Of a DNA stretch of 64,000 nucleotides, positions 18,030 through 25,893 are shown one piece after another (position 1 is the stretch's first letter; every line of letters starts with the position of its first letter). The notes under the pieces were generated by a model. That model was not told where the DNA came from and searched no databases. It was given only the letters and a program-made list of their open reading frames with translations. Both the position numbers and the translations under genes were made by a program. Source of the DNA: an uncultured Collinsella sp. (GTDB lineage Bacteria; Actinomycetota; Coriobacteriia; Coriobacteriales; Coriobacteriaceae); NCBI GenBank assembly GCA_900546825.1, contig UREE01000001.1, forward strand, positions 1,733 through 65,732, read 5' to 3'.

Positions 18030-18686
18030 CTATTTACCACCTTTCATAGCCGGAATTCGGCCAACAACGGGAATACCCAGGAGCTCTTCTGCCTCTTCGG
18101 CACCGCGGATGCGGGTATTGAGCATGTCTGCCAAAACGACATAGGCAACTGCGATAAAGATACCGGCGAGGAACGCGACGGCAATATACAGCGTGCGCTT
18201 GGGGCCGCTGGGGGCTTCGGGGGTCTTAGCCTCGTCGATAACGTTGATGCTCTGGGCAGCGCCGACGTTCTGAGCGACCGTACTCACCGAGCTGGCAATG
18301 GCCTTTGCGACCTCAGCCGTCTCCTTGGCATCGGTGCCGGTAACCGAAAGCGTAATGACACGCGTGGTGGTCTCGGAGGAAACAGACACCTTGTAGTCAT
18401 CCAGATCGGTAAGGCCCAGTTCTTTGGCGGCGCCGCTCTTAACGCTATCGCTATCCAGCAGCGTGGCGATATCGTTGGAAAGCATCTGGCTCGCCGAGAG
18501 ATCGTTGTAGCTCATCTGACCGCTATCGTCGGTCTTGGCGAGAATGTACATGCTCGTCGTCGCGGTATAGGTGTTGTCCATCGCAACGAAGGACACGATG
18601 CCCATGGCGATCGCGCAGACCACCGGAAGGGTGATGACCAGCTTGAGGTGCTTCTTCAGCAGCTGGAACAGTTCGAGAAGGGTCAT
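18030..18686 (-). CDS. BY-kinase transmembrane modulator (CpsC/YwqC/Wzz-like chain-length determinant)
   Basis: 218 aa; two TM helices flanking an extracytoplasmic Wzz-like segment; 3-nt spacing to the kinase gene. Confidence 0.8.
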   Translation of the reverse strand: MTLLELFQLLKKHLKLVITLPVVCAIAMGIVSFVAMDNTYTATTSMYILAKTDDSGQMSYNDLSASQMLSNDIATLLDSDSVKSGAAKELGLTDLDDYKVSVSSETTTRVITLSVTGTDAKETAEVAKAIASSVSTVAQNVGAAQSINVIDEAKTPEAPSGPKRTLYIAVAFLAGIFIAVAYVVLADMLNTRIRGAEEAEELLGIPVVGRIPAMKGGK

Positions 18687-18827
18687 GCAGCTTGCCTTTC
18701 ATTTCCCCAGTTCGGATTGACAAAACTGTCCGTATGTTATCGCATCTTTTTACCGAGACCAAACTCTATACATAAGAAACAGGCTCTCCTGTAAAAATGT
18801 CGGAAGCAATCGTAAAATTGCGCAACA

Positions 18828-18856
18828 ACGCCGCACCCGAAAGTCAAATGCGGCGT
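18828..18856 (-). terminator. hairpin between the histidine-kinase gene and the cps-like operon
   Basis: ACGCCGCA...TGCGGCGT stem; weak U-tract. Confidence 0.35.
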
Positions 18857-18881
18857 CTACATCAATATCTATGTTGTATCG

Positions 18882-20306
18882 CTATGCGAATGGCTCGTCC
18901 TGCTGTATGGGAAACGTCACCGTAATGGTGGTTCCCACGCCCAACTCACTCGACAGATCGAGCGTGGCGTGATGATACAGGGCCGCATGCTTGACAATGG
19001 CAAGCCCCAGGCCGGTTCCGCCGCGTGCCTTGGACCTACTCTTGTCCACGCGATAGAACCGCTCAAATACCTTGCCCTGTTCTTCAGGCGCGATACCGAT
19101 TCCCGTGTCGGCGACAGCGAGGAACGGATGGTCTTCGTCGTTGGTGCCGCACTGCAACGTAACCGTACCGCCGGGTCGATTGTAGCGGATGGCGTTGCTT
19201 GCCAGATTATAGATGAGCTCGTCGATCAAGCGCGACACGCCTTCGATGACCACAGGCTTGGTCTCATGACTTATCGTCACATTCGCCTGACGGGCGACCT
19301 GTTCAAGACGCTGCTCAACCGCGTAGATCGCACGCGAGAGCTCAATAGGCTCCGTGGAACCAATGGGCACTGTCTCGCCTTCAGTCGCACGTTCGGCCTC
19401 GTCCAAGTTAGACAGCGTAAGGATGTCGTTGACAAGCGCTGCCAAGCGGCCCGCCTCACGATAGATGCGACCGCCAAAGTTGCGCAGGTCGTCCTCGCCC
19501 TCGACCATGCCATTTGCGATGAGCTCGGCATAGCCCGAAATCGCCGTAAGCGGCGTCTTGAGCTCATGGGTGATATTCGCCGTGAACTCGCGGCGCATAC
19601 GGTCGTTGTCCGCTAGCACCGCCATTTGGCGCTTGAGTTCCTGGCGCTGCGACTCGATGCGCTCAAGCATGGGAACCATCTCGGCATAGGCGTGCTCATA
19701 GCTACGGCGTGGGTGATCCAAATCCACCTCTTGTAACGGCGCGATGATGGCACGGGACTCACGGCGCGCCATAAAAAACGAGAGTACTGCACCCGCTGCT
19801 GCGATAAGCAGCATCGGCGCCAGCATCGACAGCAAAATCGCCGCAACGCCAGGCTGGGCCTGCGCCAAGCGAACGACCTGGCCGTTATCAAGGGTGACGG
19901 CGCGATACAGCATAATCTCGTCGAGCGTAGAGCTTGCGCGCTCCGCGGAACCCAAACCACTCTCAAAGGCCTCGATGACCTCGGGGCGATCACCATGGTT
20001 GGGCAGTGCGGAAGGCGACGCCTCGTTGTCGTAGGCAACCGATCCATCCTTGTTAATCAGCGTGATGCGTAAGTCCTCGCGATCGAGGCTACGCAAGAAC
20101 GGGATGGGCTCCTGCTGCTCGTCGAGGGCGGCAGCAATGAGCTCGGTTTCCTGCGCCAGATTGGCACTCGTGGCATCCGCCAAGGTGTTTTGCACAAAGA
20201 ACGCACCCAGCACCGTAAACGCCACGATAACCGCCATGGCGCAAACAAAGATCGTCACAAAAACGCGGTGCGACAACGTTTGTTTTCCCTGGGGGGCGAA
20301 GACCAC
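18882..20306 (-). CDS. sensor histidine kinase (PhoR-like, 2 TM plus extracytoplasmic domain)
   Basis: H-box FTANITHELKTPLTAISGYAEL; N/G boxes IRYNRPGG...DTGIGIAPEEQ...GGTGLGLAIVK. Confidence 0.88.
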   Translation of the reverse strand: MVFAPQGKQTLSHRVFVTIFVCAMAVIVAFTVLGAFFVQNTLADATSANLAQETELIAAALDEQQEPIPFLRSLDREDLRITLINKDGSVAYDNEASPSALPNHGDRPEVIEAFESGLGSAERASSTLDEIMLYRAVTLDNGQVVRLAQAQPGVAAILLSMLAPMLLIAAAGAVLSFFMARRESRAIIAPLQEVDLDHPRRSYEHAYAEMVPMLERIESQRQELKRQMAVLADNDRMRREFTANITHELKTPLTAISGYAELIANGMVEGEDDLRNFGGRIYREAGRLAALVNDILTLSNLDEAERATEGETVPIGSTEPIELSRAIYAVEQRLEQVARQANVTISHETKPVVIEGVSRLIDELIYNLASNAIRYNRPGGTVTLQCGTNDEDHPFLAVADTGIGIAPEEQGKVFERFYRVDKSRSKARGGTGLGLAIVKHAALYHHATLDLSSELGVGTTITVTFPIQQDEPFA

Positions 20307-20309
20307 GGG

Positions 20310-21038
20310 TTACTCCTCCGATGCAGTGGACGCGGTGTCGTCACCTTCGGCACCATCACCGGCCGAAGGCTCGGCCAGACGATAGCCCACGCCGCGCACG
20401 GTCTCGATGGCGCTCGCATGCTCGCCGAGCTTTTGGCGGAGCGTCTGCACATGTACGTCGACGGTGCGCGAACCGCCGTCGAAGTCCCAGCCCCATACGC
20501 TCTGCAGCAGCGACTCGCGGGTAAAGACCACGCCAGGTTTGCGCATGAGGTACTCGAGCAGGTCGAATTCGCGCAGCGTGAGCTTGAGCGGTTCACCGGC
20601 AACAGTCACTTCGCGGTGGCTGGGCGAAAGTACGATATCGCCCACGCTGAGCACATCGCTCGCCTGCTTGACCATGCCGCCGCGACGCAGCAGTGCGCGG
20701 CAACGGCTCGCAAGCTCCATGAGCGAAAACGGCTTAGTCAGGTAATCGTCGGCACCGCCATCGAGCGCCATCACCTTGTCGAGTTCGGTGTCCTTGGCGG
20801 TAAGCATCATGATGGGCACCGTCGCCGTCAGGCGATCGGCACGCAGGCGACGCATAATCGCCAAGCCATCGGTGTCGGGCAGCATGATATCGAGCAGCAC
20901 AGCATCGGGCACCCGTCGCACCACGGCAGCTTTAAACTCGCCATCGCACGAAAAGCCCTCGGCCTCGATTCCCTGCTTGCGCAGCGCGTAGACTGTCAAA
21001 TCCCTGATGTTGTCATCGTCCTCGACGTAATAGATCAT
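20310..21038 (-). CDS. OmpR/PhoB-family response regulator
   Basis: REC domain (DAVLLDIMLPDTDG, TAKDTELDKV) plus winged-helix (LTLREFDLLEYLMRKPGVVFTRESLL); acidic C-terminal tail. Confidence 0.9.
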   Translation of the reverse strand: MIYYVEDDDNIRDLTVYALRKQGIEAEGFSCDGEFKAAVVRRVPDAVLLDIMLPDTDGLAIMRRLRADRLTATVPIMMLTAKDTELDKVMALDGGADDYLTKPFSLMELASRCRALLRRGGMVKQASDVLSVGDIVLSPSHREVTVAGEPLKLTLREFDLLEYLMRKPGVVFTRESLLQSVWGWDFDGGSRTVDVHVQTLRQKLGEHASAIETVRGVGYRLAEPSAGDGAEGDDTASTASEE

Positions 21039-21102
21039 GTTGAACCCCTTTGCGGCCGATATGACCGCATCTTAACCCTAAAGGCACCTGCAAAAGACAG
21101 CG

Positions 21103-21993
21103 TCAGCCAAAACGCCCCGTCAAATAATCCGCGGTGCGCGGATCGGACGGATTCTTGAAGAGTTGCGCGGTGGGCGCGTGCTCCACCAGCTCACCCAGCA
21201 AAAAGAACGCAACCGAATCGGAAATACGCGCGGCCTGCTGCATGTTGTGCGTCACGACCACCAGCGTGCAGGTCTCCTTGAGCTCGCAGGCCAGCTGCTC
21301 CACCACCAACGTCGACACAGGGTCGAGTGCCGAGGTCGGCTCGTCCATCAGCAGAATGTCGGGCTGCACGGCAAGTGCGCGGGCGATGCACAGGCGCTGC
21401 TGCTGTCCACCCGAAAGACCCAGGCCCGACTCCATGAGCTTGTCCTTGACCTCGTCCCATAGCGCAGCGCGACGAAGGGAGTCCTCGACCAGCTCATCGA
21501 GCATGACACGGTCGCGCACACCCATACCGCGCGGACCGTAGGCGACGTTGTCGTAGATGCTCATGGGAAACGGGTTGGGGCGCTGGAACACCATGCCCAC
21601 GCGCTGGCGCAAACGGCAGATGTCGTAATCGCCCAGGATATCTTGACCATCGAGCGCGATCTTGCCCTCGATGCGGCAATCCTTGATGCCGTCGTTCATG
21701 CGGTTAAAGCAGCGCAGCAACGTGGACTTTCCGCAGCCCGAAGGCCCGATGAACGAGGTGATCTGCTTGTCGCGGATCTTGATATTCACGTCCTTGAGCG
21801 CATGGTGGTCGCCATAGAACAGGTCGAGGCCCTCGACATCGATGCGCGTCGGCGAGGCGGCAAGATCCTCTGCCGTGGGGCGAGTCGCATCCCCAACCTC
21901 GCGCTCATGCGCGGCCTCGGCCTGCGCTTCCATGAGTTCTTCAAGCTCCGTGGGCTCCACAGCCGCAGCAGCCTTCATACCGCACACCTCCAT
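21103..21993 (-). CDS. pstB: phosphate ABC transporter ATP-binding protein PstB (orphan; no pstSCA/phoU in window)
   Basis: GPSGCGKST Walker [16 protein letters not shown] signature, C-terminal ...[10 protein letters not shown] hallmark of PstB. About 50-aa N-terminal extension, or a later start. Confidence 0.85.
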   Translation of the reverse strand: MEVCGMKAAAAVEPTELEELMEAQAEAAHEREVGDATRPTAEDLAASPTRIDVEGLDLFYGDHHALKDVNIKIRDKQITSFIGPSGCGKSTLLRCFNRMNDGIKDCRIEGKIALDGQDILGDYDICRLRQRVGMVFQRPNPFPMSIYDNVAYGPRGMGVRDRVMLDELVEDSLRRAALWDEVKDKLMESGLGLSGGQQQRLCIARALAVQPDILLMDEPTSALDPVSTLVVEQLACELKETCTLVVVTHNMQQAARISDSVAFFLLGELVEHAPTAQLFKNPSDPRTADYLTGRFG

Positions 21994-22081
21994 ATCGATA
22001 TCAATTCAGCAGTATCGATAGTAGGAATCGCGGCTCATACGCACGTGAGCACATTGTCAAGTGTTTGTAAGGGCACGCAGG

Positions 22082-23326
22082 CTATGCGGCGGGCAGCCCG
22101 ATGGTGAATATCGTGTGTTCGGGCGTCGATTCACATGCAACGGTACCGCCGTGTGCCGCGATGATCTCCTTGGCAATAGCAAGGCCCAAACCGGCACCAC
22201 CGCGATTGGTCGCACGCGCCGCATCCAGGCGATAGAACTTCTCAAAGATCACCTTGAGCTTAGCCGCAGGGATAGGATCGCCCTGATTGATAAAGCGCAC
22301 GCGCACGCCGCCATCGTCTTGGCGCCTGGCCTCAATCGTGATAGTCGAACCCTCATAGCTATAGGCGACGGCGTTTTTCATGATGTTGTTGAACACGCGG
22401 GCCATCTTGTCGCCATCCACGAGCACCGTCAGGTCCTCGCGAATATCAACTTGGGCTTCCTTATGCTGCTCGTTGAGGATGGGATAGAACTCGTCAGCCA
22501 CCTGAGCCAGCAGCAACCCCAGATCAACATAGCCGCGCGTGAGCACGATATCGTGGAAGTCAAAGCGCGTGATATCGAAGAACTCTTCGATGAGCGCATC
22601 GAGCCGGTGCGCCTTGTCGAGCGCCACGCCCGTAAAACGTGTGCGCTGCTCAACCGGCAGCTCAGGAGCCTCTTGCAGCAGCGAAAGATAGCCCACCACA
22701 CTGGCAAGCGGGGTGCGTAGGTCATGTGCCAAGTACGTGACCAAATCGTCCTTGCGATGCGACTCGTCACGCAGAGCTTGCTGCACCTTGCGCTCACGGT
22801 CACGCACGCGGTTAAGGGCGCCCTCGACCTCCAAGAAGTCGCCGTCGATGTTATCCCAGGTGTCGGGGTGATCGATCAGGCGATCTTGAATACGAGCGGC
22901 CAGCACACAATCGGCATGCTGCTCGCCCTGCTCGTAGCCATGGTAGTACAGGGCGCGGCCGCAAAAGAACAGCACGCACACGGCAAGCGCCAGCACAAAG
23001 CCAAGCATGTTGAATACAAAGCCGGCATCGAACAGCACCGGCCCTTCGATGCCGCCGAGCGCCATGGCGCCAATCGCCAACGTCATGGCCCACGCGGCAC
23101 CGCCAATCACCACGCAACGGCGCACGATTTCGAATCGATCGATCAGCAAAAAGCCGACAAGCAGCACCGCCAAGATTCCAGCGATGTTATCGATGCCAAT
23201 CAGCAGCAGGCTCAGCAAAAAGAGCAGCACCGTTGCAAGCGCGCGGTTGTCGACGACCGACCTCACGTATTCAAAGAGTCGATCGGGCACCTCGAATGCC
23301 TGCCTATCGTCTTTTGTCATATCCAC
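22082..23326 (-). CDS. sensor histidine kinase (VanS/BaeS-like)
   Basis: H-box LAHDLRTPLASVVGYLSLL; ATPase boxes NNIMKNAVAYS...NQGDPIP...GGAGLGLAIAKEI. Confidence 0.88.
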   Translation of the reverse strand: MDMTKDDRQAFEVPDRLFEYVRSVVDNRALATVLLFLLSLLLIGIDNIAGILAVLLVGFLLIDRFEIVRRCVVIGGAAWAMTLAIGAMALGGIEGPVLFDAGFVFNMLGFVLALAVCVLFFCGRALYYHGYEQGEQHADCVLAARIQDRLIDHPDTWDNIDGDFLEVEGALNRVRDRERKVQQALRDESHRKDDLVTYLAHDLRTPLASVVGYLSLLQEAPELPVEQRTRFTGVALDKAHRLDALIEEFFDITRFDFHDIVLTRGYVDLGLLLAQVADEFYPILNEQHKEAQVDIREDLTVLVDGDKMARVFNNIMKNAVAYSYEGSTITIEARRQDDGGVRVRFINQGDPIPAAKLKVIFEKFYRLDAARATNRGGAGLGLAIAKEIIAAHGGTVACESTPEHTIFTIGLPAA

Positions 23327-23345
23327 TTCCCCACCATTAAAGGCG

Positions 23346-24041
23346 TTATTCGATTATGTAGCCGACGCCCCAGACGTTTTTGATAAAGCGCGGCTTTTGA
23401 GCGTCGTCACCGATCTTTTCGCGCAGGTGGCGAATGTGCACCATCACCGTATTGTTGGAGCCGGGCATAAAATCCTCGTTCCACACCGCGCGGAACAGAT
23501 CCTCCACGGCCACCACACTGCCGCGATGCTCGACCAGATACAGCAAGATGGAATACTCGATGGGCGTGAGGCGAACCGGCGCACCGTCCACCGTTACGGA
23601 ACGGGCATCGCGGTTGATCTCTAGGCCGTCGAACTGGATGGTCGGCGACTCGGCCACCTGCGCGCGGCTACCGTAGCTGGTGTAGCGACGAAGCTGAGCA
23701 TGCACGCGCGCGATGAGCTCCAGCGGACGGAACGGCTTAACCACGTAATCGTCCGCGCCAAGCGAAAGGCCCTCGATCTTGTCTTGCTGGGCATCGCGCG
23801 CCGTCAGCATGATCACGGGATAGGTATGGCTGGAACGGATCGTACGCAGTAGCTCAAAGCCATCGATATCGGGCAGCATGACATCCAACAGTGCCAGATC
23901 GAACTCCTGCTCCAGGATTGCCTTGGCAGCATCGGCCCCGCTATAGGCAATCTGGACATCAAAGCCCTCTTTTGTAAGGTAGATACCAACCAAGTCGGCG
24001 ATGGCCTTCTCGTCATCAACTACCAAAATGCGCTCGTTCAT
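23346..24041 (-). CDS. OmpR-family response regulator (VanR-like)
   Basis: ILVVDDEKAIADLV...LDVMLPDIDGFELL...LTARDAQQDKIEGLSLGADDYVVKPF plus winged-helix C-terminus. Confidence 0.9.
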   Translation of the reverse strand: MNERILVVDDEKAIADLVGIYLTKEGFDVQIAYSGADAAKAILEQEFDLALLDVMLPDIDGFELLRTIRSSHTYPVIMLTARDAQQDKIEGLSLGADDYVVKPFRPLELIARVHAQLRRYTSYGSRAQVAESPTIQFDGLEINRDARSVTVDGAPVRLTPIEYSILLYLVEHRGSVVAVEDLFRAVWNEDFMPGSNNTVMVHIRHLREKIGDDAQKPRFIKNVWGVGYIIE

Positions 24042-24169
24042 GCGTGCTCCTCTCGCGCTCCATTATGCCCGAGGCGACGCACGCCACACACAACAAGCGT
24101 GGGTGATTAAGTCGGCCTTAAGCACCCTTGTGCCCGTTCGGGCGCGGATGTGGGCCACGCACGCACGCG

Positions 24170-25579
24170 ATGATCGCCGACGCCGGCAAACGATATACTC
24201 TAGTTCCAGAAGAGACCATCCCGTCGAAAGCGAAATCCGTGAAGTCCCTCACCTCTTTTGCAAAGCGCTCAGCCCAGCTTGCCGCCGGCTTTGTCTGCGC
24301 TATCGCCCTTGCCGCTGGCGCGCCCACCGTCGCCGGCGCCCAAGTGCTCACGACCGACAATGTTTGCGGCAAAACCGCCGATGCGCGCGGCATCACGGCC
24401 GAAAACCTGCCCGATATCGATGCGACCAATGCCCTCGTCATGGGCAAAGACGGCACCGTCTACTATGCCCGCGGCGCCGATGAGCAGGTCAAGATTGCCT
24501 CGATCACCAAGGTCATGACCGCAATCCTAACCGTCGAGAATTGCAAGATGGACGAGAAGGTCACGGTGAGCAACGCCGCAGCCACCGTGGGCAATTCAAC
24601 AGCCGGCCTACTCGAAGGCGACGAGCTCACCGTGGAGCAGGCACTGCGCGGCCTGATGATTCCCTCGGGCAACGACGCCGCCATCGTGCTCGCCGAATAT
24701 GTGGGCAAGAAGATCGACCCTAAGACCAAAGACGCCGAGGCAACATTTGTGAAAGCCATGAACGAGCGCGCTAAGAAGCTCGGTTGCACCGGCACGCTTT
24801 TTGAAAACCCGCATGGTCTGGACTTTGATGAGTGGGCTGGCGATATGCACTCAACCGCACACGACGTAGCGCTGATGATGCAAGAGGCCATGAAAAACGA
24901 CACGATCCGCGAGGTCGTAGCGAGCGAGGATTCCTGGATCGAGGTCACGGGCGCCGACGGCACCGACCATTCGCATTCCATGGACACGCATAACTATTTG
25001 CTAGGCCAAGATGGCAACATCGGTGGCAAGACCGGCACCACCGATGATGCAGGCTATTGCTTTACGGGTGCCTACAACCGCGATGGCGACGAGATCTACA
25101 CCGTCGTTTTGAACTCCACCACCACCGACCAGCGCTTTACCGATACCGCAACCCTTGCCAATTGGTACTACGGTCACAAGGTGACGGTCGCAATCGCCAA
25201 CACGCAGGAAAAGACCGCCAACGGCAACCCGCTTATGGCGCGCATTGGCCAAACCGACTGGACGGATAAGACGATCGACGCCACGCTCGCCGATCCTACG
25301 GCGCAAGCGACCGTGTTTTCCCTTGCCGGCGAGGTGACCGAAAAGGTTAGCTACGACGATCTTTCGGGCACGGTGCATGTGGGCGACAAGGTGGGCAGCG
25401 TTACGCTCAAGCAGGATGGCACCAAGATCGCCGTCATGGACCTGGTTGCCGACGAGGAAGGCGCAGGGCCGAATCCCATTGAATGGCTGCTCGTGAAGCT
25501 CGATCGCTTGGGCCGTCGCATCGACAACCGCCCACTCACGGCAGAAAGCGAGACCGTCGCCAAGGCGCCCGAGGTGTAG
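24170..25579 (+). CDS. D-alanyl-D-alanine carboxypeptidase (S11, DacA/PBP5-like) with signal peptide
   Basis: SITK active-site motif (KIASITKVMTA), SGN motif (IPSGNDAAIVLAEY), C-terminal PBP5-C-like domain. Divergent from the VanRS-like TCS. The ORF-track start 24128 may be upstream of the true start. Confidence 0.85.
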   Translation: MIADAGKRYTLVPEETIPSKAKSVKSLTSFAKRSAQLAAGFVCAIALAAGAPTVAGAQVLTTDNVCGKTADARGITAENLPDIDATNALVMGKDGTVYYARGADEQVKIASITKVMTAILTVENCKMDEKVTVSNAAATVGNSTAGLLEGDELTVEQALRGLMIPSGNDAAIVLAEYVGKKIDPKTKDAEATFVKAMNERAKKLGCTGTLFENPHGLDFDEWAGDMHSTAHDVALMMQEAMKNDTIREVVASEDSWIEVTGADGTDHSHSMDTHNYLLGQDGNIGGKTGTTDDAGYCFTGAYNRDGDEIYTVVLNSTTTDQRFTDTATLANWYYGHKVTVAIANTQEKTANGNPLMARIGQTDWTDKTIDATLADPTAQATVFSLAGEVTEKVSYDDLSGTVHVGDKVGSVTLKQDGTKIAVMDLVADEEGAGPNPIEWLLVKLDRLGRRIDNRPLTAESETVAKAPEV

Positions 25580-25603
25580 GGCGCAAGAATAATAAGTCCA
25601 CTG

Positions 25604-25637
25604 AAAGGAGGCGTCCGAAAGGATGCCTCCTTTTTTG
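25604..25637 (+). terminator. rho-independent terminator of the carboxypeptidase gene
   Basis: GGAGGCGTCC-GAAA-GGATGCCTCC followed by TTTTTT. Confidence 0.85.
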
Positions 25638-25660
25638 AGGGTTCGAATCCCCAGCCGCCA
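25637..25660 (+). repeat. inverted partial copy of the tRNA-Ser 3' end (T-arm plus acceptor plus CCA)
   Basis: GAGGGTTCGAATCCCCAGCCGCCA versus the tRNA-Ser 3' end GGGGTTCGAATCCCCAGCTCTCCGCCA, which lies on the opposite strand 50 bp away. Confidence 0.5.
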
Positions 25661-25710
25661 TTCTTGATAATAAAAAGGGCCCCAAATGGGACCCTTCTTC
25701 AAATTCGTAC

Positions 25711-25801
25711 TGGCGGAGAGCTGGGGATTCGAACCCCAGATGCCCTTTTGGGGCATACTCGCTTAGCAGGCGAGCACCTTCGGCCTCTCGGTCAGCTCTC
25801 C
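25711..25801 (-). tRNA. tRNA-Ser (anticodon GCT)
   Basis: 91 nt; GGAGAGC acceptor stem, anticodon loop CTGCTAA, long variable arm, GGTTCGAATCC T-arm, encoded CCA. Confidence 0.9.
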
Positions 25802-25893
25802 GTAACAGCCGTTCTATAGTAACCAAACAGCCAAGGATGAGCAAGAGGAAATTTTCTAATTGCCTAGCAGCCTTTCCTTCTTGAAAGCTTCGC

